Shown one piece after another: positions 45,848-54,298 of a DNA stretch of 64,000 nucleotides (position 1 is the first letter of the stretch; every line of letters begins with the position of its first letter). The notes under the pieces are model-generated. The model had not been told where the DNA came from. It did no database searches and saw nothing but the letters and a program-made list of their open reading frames with translations. The stretch spans positions 4,693 to 68,692 of the forward strand of contig CAIRSR010000113.1 of the NCBI GenBank assembly GCA_903881315.1. The letters are read 5' to 3'. This stretch comes from an uncultured Thiotrichales bacterium (GTDB taxonomy: Bacteria; Pseudomonadota; Gammaproteobacteria; CAIRSR01). The translations under genes and the position numbers were made by a program.

Positions 45848-46675
45848 CTACTTTCTGGCACTCGGCCCAGAGACCGGAATGCCGGTATTCATATAGGCCT
45901 CGAAATATTCAAGGTCGCGGTATTCCTCGCTTTGGTATGCGAAGGGCTTGGCGCGAACCTGCTCGTTACAGCCTCGGTAGCGGTGATGCAGGGTGCCAAG
46001 AAATCCCCAGGCGGAACGATAGGTTGGGAAACCGACGCCGTGGCCGAGCGCGGGGCTCAGGGTCTCGGAACGTATCTTTTTGCCGGCATTGTTGACATGG
46101 CAATCGGCGCAGGCAAAATTTAATTGGCCACGTTTGGTGTAGAAGAAGTGTTTACCCTTTTCGTAGGCTGCCAGGGCGCGGGGGTCATCCGGGATCGTCA
46201 CTGCCATTGGTTTTCCCCGTGAGGTAAAGGCCAGGTACGCAACCACATCAGCAATATTGCCCTTGCTGAGTTCTTCGTAGGGCTTCTCGTTATTTTCTGT
46301 GCGGCATTGGTTGATTACCACCTCCATGGTTTGTACCTGACCGCTAGCAGCATCGAAACGAGGGAAGGTTTGACGGATACCAATTCCACGATTGGGGAAA
46401 CAATCGGCGAGGCTTTTGCCGTTGGCGAAAGGTTTCTCGAAGATCTTCTTGCCGTTGTCGACATTCGGGTCGTACGGCGGGAATTCTTCGATGGCCTTCC
46501 AATTCTCACGACCTTCCTGATCTAAGGCGTAGGCCCCATTGGCGAACTCGGCGTTTGGAATATTCGGAAACGCATTGTGAAATAAGCCCTGAAACTGTGC
46601 CAAATCCTCCGCTGGACTGGCGAAGACCGTCGGTGCAATCCAGAAGGTAAGCAGCAATAGTATCGTTTTACGCAT
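45848..46675 (-). CDS. soxA: SoxA, monohaem c-type cytochrome subunit of SoxAX
   Basis: Signal peptide. A single CxxCH (FACADCH). Cys axial-ligand region HHRYRGCNEQVRA. The usual N-terminal second haem site is absent (DCFPNRG). Confidence 0.9.
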   Translation of the reverse strand: MRKTILLLLTFWIAPTVFASPAEDLAQFQGLFHNAFPNIPNAEFANGAYALDQEGRENWKAIEEFPPYDPNVDNGKKIFEKPFANGKSLADCFPNRGIGIRQTFPRFDAASGQVQTMEVVINQCRTENNEKPYEELSKGNIADVVAYLAFTSRGKPMAVTIPDDPRALAAYEKGKHFFYTKRGQLNFACADCHVNNAGKKIRSETLSPALGHGVGFPTYRSAWGFLGTLHHRYRGCNEQVRAKPFAYQSEEYRDLEYFEAYMNTGIPVSGPSARK

Positions 46676-46699
46676 GGTGACCTCGGGAGGCAAAGGGTT

Positions 46700-47020
46700 T
46701 TAGCTCGCTACCTTGGTTGTAAAGGAGTCGCTGTCGCCGGTATTGTCTTTCCAGGTGAGGGTGACACTATCGCCTATTTTGGCACCCTGGACATTGAACG
46801 CGAGATACGGATTTTTGGAGACCGATCCGCTCCAGAGGGCGGTGAGGATGGTGGTGCCATTCAGACTACAAACGACCTCTTCGATGAAATGGGCGGGGAC
46901 GAGTTCGCCGGTTTTCTGGTCTTTGCGCAGCCCATTCTCCATTGGGTGATTGATGAGCGCCTTGATGGTGGCAACATCGCCATTCAGTTGGATACGAATC
47001 TTAATAGTATTGCTGGCCAT
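46700..47020 (-). CDS. soxZ: SoxZ, sulfur carrier complex subunit
   Basis: 106 aa. IKIRIQLNGDVATIKALINHPMENGLRKD..VPAHFIEEV..LNG. Immediately downstream of soxY. Confidence 0.9.
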   Translation of the reverse strand: MASNTIKIRIQLNGDVATIKALINHPMENGLRKDQKTGELVPAHFIEEVVCSLNGTTILTALWSGSVSKNPYLAFNVQGAKIGDSVTLTWKDNTGDSDSFTTKVAS

Positions 47021-47069
47021 GGTGAATAAGTTCCTCGTGAATCACTAGAATTGGATAGTAGGGGCGCTA

Positions 47070-47534
47070 TTAACCGCCGCAGCCGCCGATGGTTACTTTT
47101 ACTTCCTTTGCGGTGGAGAGGCGTTTATCACCAACCTTTACCACGGCGATCACATTCGATGTCTTAGACATTTTTAGGCGGGTGGAGATGTTCGGCTGCA
47201 CGCCCGGGCCAAGGATAAAAACAGCGGAGAGCGGGCGCGGGTTATCCTTCACGAGGAGGGAGATAGATTCGACATTGGTCAGGGTGCTTTCTACGGTTAC
47301 GGGTACTACGGCACCATTTTCGGCGATGTCAGGGGTTTTGAGGGATACTTCATTCGACGCACTGCCTTCGTTACCGCTGAGTGCGGTATGTACGTCTTTG
47401 GCATCAAAGAGGTCAGCGGGCCAGGTGGCTGCCAATACCTCGCGTGGGTTTAGGAGGCCACTGCCGGTTGCGATTCCGACTAGGGTAGTCGCCAGGGTGT
47501 TTCTTAGGAAGTTTCTGCGATTAGCGGTAGTCAC
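47070..47534 (-). CDS. soxY: SoxY, sulfur carrier protein
   Basis: Tat signal RRNFLRNTLA. Diagnostic C-terminal swinging-arm motif VKVTIGGCGG. Confidence 0.92.
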   Translation of the reverse strand: MTTANRRNFLRNTLATTLVGIATGSGLLNPREVLAATWPADLFDAKDVHTALSGNEGSASNEVSLKTPDIAENGAVVPVTVESTLTNVESISLLVKDNPRPLSAVFILGPGVQPNISTRLKMSKTSNVIAVVKVGDKRLSTAKEVKVTIGGCGG

Positions 47535-47575
47535 TGGGGTTTCCTTTACGGTTCATGGAAATTTTATGGTGGTTA

Positions 47576-47953
47576 TTATAAGGTAATCAGGTAATCAACA
47601 ATGAGATTGATCTCTTTCTCGGTGAGAATACCGTGGCGTCCGAAGGGTGGCATCACGGTGAGGGGGTTGATTACCGTGGGGTCATAGATCTGTGCGTATA
47701 AAGCGGCACGGTCGGGAAACAACTGCCGGATATTTTGTAGGGCGGGGCCAATGTTGCCAGGAAAAACGCCACCGGCTACCTTGTGACAAGCAAGACAATT
47801 CCCCTTGAGGGGGTCGGACATCAATTGTTTGGCTTGTTCTTGGGGGGGTGGTTCTGCCGCTAGGGTGGCAGTTAGGGCGAGCCCAACGATAATGCCTGTC
47901 ATCCAAGCGGATAGGTTTATGCCAGTATTCATGCTGGTGTCCTCCAGGTTCAT
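47576..47953 (-). CDS. soxX: SoxX, monohaem cytochrome c subunit of SoxAX
   Basis: Signal/TM segment, CLACHKV haem site, distal MPPFG Met-ligand region. First gene of the soxXYZA string. The start could instead be the internal Met at 47932. Confidence 0.8.
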   Translation of the reverse strand: MNLEDTSMNTGINLSAWMTGIIVGLALTATLAAEPPPQEQAKQLMSDPLKGNCLACHKVAGGVFPGNIGPALQNIRQLFPDRAALYAQIYDPTVINPLTVMPPFGRHGILTEKEINLIVDYLITL

Positions 47954-48327
47954 AGAATCACGGATAAATGAAGAGCGGGTTTCTCAGAAATGCGGCGATC
48001 GGTCAACACGTTTATGTCCTGGCTAGCACGAGACAGCATCGGCAATAATGGGGCAGGAGGCCGTTCTCCGTGAATAGCGAGGATTGAACTTGCCCATGTC
48101 GTTGCGGACGGGTTATTGTGGTGCGATTGGGTGTGCTCATAATCCCTGTTGCGAAAGCCGATGTAACGGTATCATCATTCTGCGCGTACGCATCGTGTGC
48201 GAAGCTGGGGGCGGAGAAGACGCAACCGAGCCCCGCTGATCGCATAGATGGAACCTGTCTGAAGACACGTAGTAGCAGATCACGCAAACAGCCTACCATT
48301 AGTATGGCTGCTGCGTAAAGCGTCCAT

Positions 48328-49932
48328 TTAGGTGATACGCAACCTCTCCAGGATATCGTCACGGGCTTGGGCGAGGAGGGAGTCGCGGTCTAGGCTTCTC
48401 AGGATCTCCTCCACCACCTGTTTTGGCCCGCCCTCGCCCCATGACCGGCCTTGGGCGAAGAAACGCTCCGCCGCTTGGCCGACAATGTAGGTGGCGTAGT
48501 AGGCGACCGCACCCTGCGTTGCGGCGGTGAGCGCAGTCGAGAGCCCACCGGTGCTCGCCTTGAAGGCAGACGACACCAGATTAACCGTCCACACCGTTCC
48601 CATAAGCAGTGCTGTTTGGGTGGCGATGGTCTTGATAAGCCCACTTGCCTCGCCCTTGGTGACAGCAAAACCGTAGATCTGGGAGAGGTGTAGGATCATG
48701 GAGATATCGACCATCGCGGCAGCCACCAAGTCCACCACCGGAATGGGATTGACCGCGACCGCTATCCCTTTGGAGATGCAGTAGGTACGAACCACCCGCT
48801 CTGCCAGTCCGCGCTTGGCTGCGAGGATGCGTAGCGATACTTGGTCGGACAGTCGGCCCGCGAACAGACTGGCGTTGAGTGCGGCCAAGGTCTTGCCTTC
48901 TGCCTCGAGCAGGGCCCACAGTCGATCGCGTAGTGCCGCGACATCGGGCGGGGGGCGACGGCGTAGCTCGTACTCGCGTCCTTGGGGGTCGATGTGGACA
49001 TAGATGCGATCGCTCGGCGCTGCCGATGAGCACACCAGGTACTCAGGGCGTACTAGGGTCTGGGTGCGCTCAGTGAGGGTTGCCAAGAGCAGTTCGCGTT
49101 CTGCGCTGGTGTAGCGGTCGGATTTATTGAGAACCAAGATGAGCGGACGCACCTCGCTTGAGAGAACCCGTAATGCGCTGAGTTCGGTCTCGGTAATGTC
49201 GCCGTCGACCACGAACAGCACTACATCGGAACGGCTCGCAACCTCGTGCGCGAGGCGCTCACGGGACTCGCCCTCGACCTCGTTGATGCCGGGGGTGTCG
49301 ATGAGGAACACGCCACCGGTTTGCACCTCGTCCCATGCGGTTATCTCGTGGGTGCGGGTTTCGCCGTGCAGGGGGCTCGTGCGAAAGCGGTTTTCGCCGA
49401 GCAATGCGTTTAGCAGCGCTGACTTGCCAACGCTGACCCGACCAAAGACGGCAATGTGGACATGACCATGTTCGATCTTGTCGAGCATGGCGCGTACCTG
49501 ACGATAGTCCTCGGCTAAAGATGCCCGTACCCCTGGAGGTACCCGTGGATCGTCGACGAGTTCGCGCAGACTCTCACGGGCGAGTGCGAGGTGGGTGTCG
49601 CCTGCTGGAGGCAGTGGTGTGCCCTCTTTGGGTTCTTCCTCGCTATTCTCCAGGCGTGCCTCCAACGCCGCCAGTGCATGGCGGGTTGCGCTCAACGCCT
49701 CCTTTGCGGTTTCGCGGGTAGTGAGGGTGGCTTCTTTGACAATATCCCGCCCGAGGTCTGCCGCTTCTTGGGAGACCTCCCGCGCCGCCTCATGAGTGAT
49801 TCTAAGGGTTGTCGCGAGTTGGGACGTGGCGTGTGAGAGCCATTCGGGCAAATTTTCGCGCACGCGATTCCAGATCTTCACCAAGTTTTTCCTCGAAGAG
49901 CAGCACGGCTGGTGCCGGTTGAAGCTCGCCAC
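48328..49932 (-). CDS. GTPase (Era/EngA-like G domain) fused to a C-terminal DUF697-like membrane region; amphipathic-helix N-terminus
   Basis: G1 FGRVSVGKSALLNALLG, G3 DTPGINE, G4 NKSD. C-terminal KGIAVAVNPIPVVDLVAAAMVDISMILHLSQIYGF. The longest ORF (GTG 49932) overlaps the upstream paralogue by 131 nt. In-frame GTG/TTG codons further in are possible starts, so the start is unresolved. Confidence 0.75.
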   Translation of the reverse strand: MASFNRHQPCCSSRKNLVKIWNRVRENLPEWLSHATSQLATTLRITHEAAREVSQEAADLGRDIVKEATLTTRETAKEALSATRHALAALEARLENSEEEPKEGTPLPPAGDTHLALARESLRELVDDPRVPPGVRASLAEDYRQVRAMLDKIEHGHVHIAVFGRVSVGKSALLNALLGENRFRTSPLHGETRTHEITAWDEVQTGGVFLIDTPGINEVEGESRERLAHEVASRSDVVLFVVDGDITETELSALRVLSSEVRPLILVLNKSDRYTSAERELLLATLTERTQTLVRPEYLVCSSAAPSDRIYVHIDPQGREYELRRRPPPDVAALRDRLWALLEAEGKTLAALNASLFAGRLSDQVSLRILAAKRGLAERVVRTYCISKGIAVAVNPIPVVDLVAAAMVDISMILHLSQIYGFAVTKGEASGLIKTIATQTALLMGTVWTVNLVSSAFKASTGGLSTALTAATQGAVAYYATYIVGQAAERFFAQGRSWGEGGPKQVVEEILRSLDRDSLLAQARDDILERLRIT

Positions 49933-51292
49933 GGGTTTCTAGGGTGTGGGCTACGGCCTTACCTAGGCTATCGAAAATCAAGCCATAAGCAACTGCGTGC
50001 AACATGCCACCAGCCACCGTGCCGAGTCCAGGGAACGCCTTTAGGCCGTTTCCTGCCACTGCGAGCATAATCGGTAGGGTCTTGGCTACATGGCGTCCGG
50101 AGTGTTCTAGTAGTCGCTGGAGTTCAATCTGTCGTACGGGAACCTCGTAGAGTGCACACATCTCTTTGAGGAGACTGATCCCAAGGTAGCCTTGGATTAA
50201 GAGGTCACTGCCTGGTGCCACTGCGGCTACCGCGCCCACGACGGCCTTGCGCGCATACTGGCCGACCAGTTCTTCTGCCTTGGCGCGACGATGAGTGGTG
50301 AGCGCCTCGTCTAGCTTCTGCGACGCGAGGACAAACACCGTGCTGTCGCGCAATTTTTCTAGGGTAGCCAGATCGCTATCGATGCAACGCTGGAGAGCTG
50401 CTGCGAGAGGTGCTACGTGTGGCGGTAACTCCCGTACCACACGTTCCTCTCGGCCATCTGGGAAAACCCGCACGAGTTCTTGGGTGCCCCCGGCTGTGAT
50501 GGCCACGATGTCAATACGGGCAGACCCTTCTACTCGTTCGCGTAGGCGCTCGCGTATCAGTTGCAATTCCTCGCTGGTGTATTGATCCATCTTGTTTAAG
50601 ACCAATACCATGGGCTTGTTTAACGCGAGTAGGGCTTGTAATTCGCGGTATTGGTCGCGGGTAAGATCGCCATCGCAGACGTAGACCACCACATGAGAGC
50701 GCATTGCCTCCTCACGCGCCATGGTGTCTAGTGTGCCATCTGCCTCGTTGAGACCGGGTAGATCAGTCAGGATGAGGCGGTCGTGCGCAGTACTCATCCA
50801 GGTGTGGCGCGTCACCTCGCGGGTGGTGCCCCCGCGAACCGAGACATCGACCTCGGCGTTTGGGAGTAGTGCGCGCACCAAGGAGGATTTGCCGGTACTA
50901 ATCTCTCCGAACAAGGCGATGTGTACCTCGCCGGTGGCGCGGCGATTCTTGAGTTCGGCAAGCTCTTGGCGCACCAAGGAGACATCGACCCCCAATTGCT
51001 CGCCTGCGGTAATGCGTTTTTCTACCTCTTCTTGGGTGGGCGGAGGTGGGGGCGGGGCAGATGAGGCGCGTTTCTGTGGGGTTAACAGTCGCCAGACGAT
51101 CCAGGCACCACCACCGGTGAGCGTGAGCAGGACGCTTGCATACAGTATAATGAACCAGGTGGGTGCGTCATGTAGTTGGTTCAGTACCTTGAAGGCCCAG
51201 TCGGTGAGTGCGAGTAAGACAGACAACACCACCGTCACCCCGACGGTGATTGCTACGGCAAGAAAGGCACGCCAAGGAGAGAGGGAACGCAT
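49802..51292 (-). CDS. Membrane-anchored GTPase fused to a C-terminal DUF697-like region (paralogue of the downstream gene)
   Basis: Two N-terminal TM helices and a PPPPP linker. G1 FGEISTGKSSLVRALL, G3 DLPGLNE, G4 NKMD. C-terminal AVVGAVAAVAPGSDLLIQGYLGISLLKEMCALYEV. ATG 51292 was chosen; the ORF track start is 51367. Confidence 0.75.
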   Translation of the reverse strand: MRSLSPWRAFLAVAITVGVTVVLSVLLALTDWAFKVLNQLHDAPTWFIILYASVLLTLTGGGAWIVWRLLTPQKRASSAPPPPPPTQEEVEKRITAGEQLGVDVSLVRQELAELKNRRATGEVHIALFGEISTGKSSLVRALLPNAEVDVSVRGGTTREVTRHTWMSTAHDRLILTDLPGLNEADGTLDTMAREEAMRSHVVVYVCDGDLTRDQYRELQALLALNKPMVLVLNKMDQYTSEELQLIRERLRERVEGSARIDIVAITAGGTQELVRVFPDGREERVVRELPPHVAPLAAALQRCIDSDLATLEKLRDSTVFVLASQKLDEALTTHRRAKAEELVGQYARKAVVGAVAAVAPGSDLLIQGYLGISLLKEMCALYEVPVRQIELQRLLEHSGRHVAKTLPIMLAVAGNGLKAFPGLGTVAGGMLHAVAYGLIFDSLGKAVAHTLETRGELQPAPAVLLFEEKLGEDLESRARKFARMALTRHVPTRDNP

Positions 51293-51560
51293 GATTTGAT
51301 TTCCGATATTTTGACCATAAATTATAGCAGCATTCGGAAGGGTGCCAATTTTTGCAGAACGAAACACGAGAATGGATTATGATACAGCGACTCGCTTTGC
51401 TGGGCCAGAACGTGTTGGTGCTGGTGTGGGCGGTGTTCCGCCGGTTACTTCTCCTGTGTGTGATGGTCGTCATCTATGATGATAACCTTTCTCCGTCCTC
51501 ACGCGGGATTGCGGGTACTACTGAGGGTTGGGTCATCTGTTAGGGCAGAGTGTTACGACC

Positions 51561-52649
51561 ATGATTACAGACAAGACAGTCATAGAGCGGTTGCGCTCCT
51601 GTGTGCCCCTGAACAGCCTGAGTCAGGAAAATTTCCAGCGCCTGTGTGGCGAGATCTCGGTTGAGGATATCCCGCCGGGGGCTAAGTTGTTCAGTGTTGG
51701 TGATGAGGATACCTCTTCTATCTACTTGCTCTCGGGTGGGCTGGAATTGCTTTCGAGTGACGGCCTTAAAAGCATGATCCAGGGTGGCAAGGACAATGCC
51801 CGCTACGCTCTGGCGAATCTTAAGCCACGGCGCTATACCGGCATTGTCCGCACACCGGCTCGGGTAGTGCGGATAGATGGTCGCTTGGTGGATAAGTTGA
51901 TGGTGTGGGACAGCACAGCCAAGGACAACGGTGGTGGTGGCGGGCTCGTGGTGGATGAATTCGACACCGACAATGGTGACGCCGCCTGGGTCATGCGATT
52001 GCTCCAGAAACGGGTGTTTTTGGATCTGCCTGCTGCGCATATCCAAGAAGTCCTAAAGCGTATGCAGGAAGTGGTTGTGCGTGCGGGTGATGTCATCATT
52101 CGCCAGGGCGATCCCGGGGATTACTACTACGTGATCAGCGAAGGTCGTTGTCGGGTCATCCGTGAAATCTCGACAACGGCGCAGCCGCAGGTGCTCGCTG
52201 AACTCGCGTTGGGGGATGGTTTTGGCGAGGAGGCTTTGGTTTCGCGCAATCCGCGCAACGCCACAGTGACCATGCTGACCGATGGGCGCTTGATGCGTCT
52301 CGCGGGTGCGGATTTCATCGAGCTACTAGAGCAACCGGTGTTGCGTTGGGTGTCACCCAAAGAGGCGGCTCAATCCGCCAAAGAGGGCGCGGTATTGCTG
52401 GACGTGCGTACTGAGCAGGAGCATACCAACAGCAAGATTCGCGGTAGCATCAACATCCCCGTCCAACGTATGCGTGAGAGTACCAGTAAATTGGTTCCTA
52501 ACACCCGCTATATCTGTTATTGCGACTCAGGCGAACGCAGCTCGGCGGCGGTGTTTATCCTCCGCGAACTGGGTTATGACGCGAGTGTTATGCGCGGCGG
52601 GCTGTCGCGCCTCATGGATCTTTTTCGTGAACGGCGTCACGCCACTTAA
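51561..52649 (+). CDS. Two cyclic-nucleotide-binding (CAP-effector) domains fused to a C-terminal rhodanese domain
   Basis: cNMP-1 is degenerate (GAKLFSVGDEDTSSIYLLSGG). cNMP-2 is canonical (GDVIIRQGDPGDYYYVISEG...GFGEEALVSRNPRNATV). Rhodanese: LLDVRTEQEH...YCDSGERSSAAVFILRELGY. Confidence 0.8.
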   Translation: MITDKTVIERLRSCVPLNSLSQENFQRLCGEISVEDIPPGAKLFSVGDEDTSSIYLLSGGLELLSSDGLKSMIQGGKDNARYALANLKPRRYTGIVRTPARVVRIDGRLVDKLMVWDSTAKDNGGGGGLVVDEFDTDNGDAAWVMRLLQKRVFLDLPAAHIQEVLKRMQEVVVRAGDVIIRQGDPGDYYYVISEGRCRVIREISTTAQPQVLAELALGDGFGEEALVSRNPRNATVTMLTDGRLMRLAGADFIELLEQPVLRWVSPKEAAQSAKEGAVLLDVRTEQEHTNSKIRGSINIPVQRMRESTSKLVPNTRYICYCDSGERSSAAVFILRELGYDASVMRGGLSRLMDLFRERRHAT

Positions 52650-53487
52650 CACGATCAATCACAGCCGTGACAGTGCCGGGTTACGCTATATCTATCCAGT
52701 GTTCTCCAGGCGCTCTGGGGGGTTGTCGGTTGGGGTTAATCTCAATCCGAATAATGCTTGCAACTGGCGCTGCGTGTATTGTCAGGTGCCAGGTCTGGTG
52801 CGCGGTGCATCACCTGCCATTGAACTCACGCTACTAGAAAAAGAATTGAGCAGCCTCCTGACCGATATTCAGTCGGGAGAGTTCCATAAACGCTACTGGT
52901 TGCCCGAGAACAATACGCTGATCCGTGACATTGCCATCTCAGGCAATGGCGAACCGACCAGTTGTCGCGAATTCGGCGAGGTTCTGGCCATTGTTGGTAG
53001 GGTCTGTGCTCGGTTTGGCTCGTTAGCCTCGCTCAAAAAGATACTCATCACCAACGGCAGTTTGATAATGCGGGTTCCTGTGCAGCGTGGTCTGAGTGAC
53101 TGGTCGGCGCAGGGTGGCGAGGTCTGGTTTAAACTCGACAGCGCGACAACGAGTGGCATCCGCCGCATTAACAACGTGAATCTGTCTGTCCCAAAGATGC
53201 TGCGCAACCTCGAAACCTGTGCGCGGCTCTGTCCGACCTGGATCCAGACCTGCCTGTTCGCTATGGACGGTAATCCACCGGATGAAACAGAACTGGCGGC
53301 CTATCTGGATCTACTCGCTACGGTGCGCCGATGGGACGCGCCAGTGAAGGGCGTACTGCTTTATGGTCTAGCGCGTCCGTCCCTGCAACGGGAGGCAGAC
53401 CGACTCTCCGCCCTACCAAGAGCATGGCTGGATGATCTGGGGGATAGGGTCAAGGCGATTGGTTTTCCGGTGCAGGTTCACGCTTAG
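52627..53487 (+). CDS. Radical SAM enzyme (subfamily not assignable by eye)
   Basis: YIYPVFSRRSGGLSVGVNLNP..NACNWRCVYCQV (CX3CX2C) and ISGNGEPT. The start is uncertain. GTG 52627 gives a 23-nt overlap with the upstream gene; the ORF track start 52474 would overlap by 176 nt. Confidence 0.7.
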   Translation: MNGVTPLNTINHSRDSAGLRYIYPVFSRRSGGLSVGVNLNPNNACNWRCVYCQVPGLVRGASPAIELTLLEKELSSLLTDIQSGEFHKRYWLPENNTLIRDIAISGNGEPTSCREFGEVLAIVGRVCARFGSLASLKKILITNGSLIMRVPVQRGLSDWSAQGGEVWFKLDSATTSGIRRINNVNLSVPKMLRNLETCARLCPTWIQTCLFAMDGNPPDETELAAYLDLLATVRRWDAPVKGVLLYGLARPSLQREADRLSALPRAWLDDLGDRVKAIGFPVQVHA

Positions 53488-53511
53488 TGGCGCTGTCTTC
53501 ATGGTGTCGTG

Positions 53512-53784
53512 TTATTGATGTATAAACGTGAATCCTTCAGATGTGATCTCGTTCTTTTTTGAGTCTACATTCTGATACCATCGCCAAACCTCTCCTGATT
53601 GTTTATTATATAAAAATATATGCAGATCACGAGTCTCTACAATGGCATACCGGTTGGAATATGCCTCGAATGATATGGTCGCACACCATAAAATTACCGA
53701 GAGCAACATGGTAGTGCAATAAATAAGCGCCTTCTTTATCTCGTCTTTCTGGTTTGCGAATGCTTCTGAGATATTGCTAATCAT
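53512..53784 (-). CDS. Hypothetical small single-TM protein in a strongly AT-rich segment
   Basis: 90 aa with one TM (ALIYCTTMLLSVILWCATISF). No recognisable motif. The ATG lies 2 nt after the stop codon of the truncated toxin relic. Local GC is far below that of its neighbours. Confidence 0.4.
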   Translation of the reverse strand: MISNISEAFANQKDEIKKALIYCTTMLLSVILWCATISFEAYSNRYAIVETRDLHIFLYNKQSGEVWRWYQNVDSKKNEITSEGFTFIHQ

Positions 53785-53786
53785 CG

Positions 53787-53903
53787 CTAGTTCCCATCAT
53801 CTGCCAGCGCGTCAATTGTCGCGCCAATACGTTCCCGTACCTGGTGTGGAAGGGTCAACAGTGTCTTGCGTGCGCTACTCTTGACCTCTATCCGGTAGGT
53901 CAT
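53787..53903 (-). pseudogene. Truncated RelE/ParE-type toxin (N-terminal 38 codons only)
   Basis: MTYRIEVKSSARKTLLTLPHQVRERIGATIDALADDGN* matches the usual N-terminal helices of RelE/ParE toxins (normally about 85-95 aa). ATGA overlap with the upstream antitoxin-like ORF. Not listed in the ORF track (below its cutoff). Confidence 0.45.
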
Positions 53904-54064
53904 CCTATCCCCATCTCTCCCTTGACAGTTTCCCAAGGGATGGTTGGTTCGCCATCTGCGAGGTGTGCGTCTTCCAAGTCTTCGGCGTCCTCTAGCGAGG
54001 CTACGAGAGCCTCGTACTCCTCAAGAGGGAGCACGACCGATCGCTTACCGCTAGGGTCGGTCAC
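53900..54064 (-). pseudogene. Phd/YefM- or RelB-like antitoxin remnant (C-terminal part)
   Basis: V(TDPSGKRSVVLPLEEYEALVASLEDAEDLEDAHLADGEPTIPWETVKGE..) has the typical ..VVL.LEEYE.L.. antitoxin core and an acidic tail. An in-frame stop lies immediately upstream of GTG 54064, so the usual N-terminal roughly 25 aa appear to be missing. Confidence 0.45.
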
Positions 54065-54081
54065 GTACTATGGGTGGAGTA

Positions 54082-54201
54082 CTAGCAGCCTGTCGGACTT
54101 TACGGATAGCTTGTTGATTACGAAAGAGATTTAAAACCGATAGGTGTTAGCAAAAGCACAACAAATCAAGAGGTTGCAAAACAAGTCCGACAGGCTGCTA
54201 G
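54082..54201. repeat. 19-bp perfect inverted repeat with 82-nt AT-rich spacer (MITE-like or structured-RNA-like element)
   Basis: ctagcagcctgtcggactt (54082-54100) and aagtccgacaggctgctag (54183-54201), checked base by base. Located exactly where the 5' end and promoter of the antitoxin relic would be. Confidence 0.8.
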
Positions 54202-54298
54202 CATTGTTTTCTTCTCTATTGGCTCCCGTCACTATGGTGTCCGCTGGCGATGGTTGTCAATAGTCGCTATGCTGTACACCCTGACCGGGGAAGGCTCA

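Noticed and set aside
48012-48362. 116-aa minus-strand ORF in the soxX upstream region, overlapping the 3' end of the GTPase gene.
   Set aside because: No motif. It overlaps a supported gene end and most likely lies in the sox promoter region.
51459-51474. CRP/cNMP-regulator-like site TGTGA-N6-TCATC in the divergent promoter region upstream of the cNMP-rhodanese gene.
   Set aside because: Only one half-site matches the TGTGA-N6-TCACA consensus (the second is 3/5). This is easily a chance occurrence.
53844-54134. 96-aa plus-strand ORF across the toxin-antitoxin relic.
   Set aside because: It is antisense to sequences that translate into recognisable RelE/ParE-like and antitoxin-like peptides, and it has no motif or RBS of its own.
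54082-54201. Whether the 19-bp inverted repeat element is an integron attC site.
   Set aside because: The ends do not match the RYYYAAC / GTTRRRY core sites. No intI gene or cassette array is nearby. It is kept only as a generic IR/MITE-like repeat.
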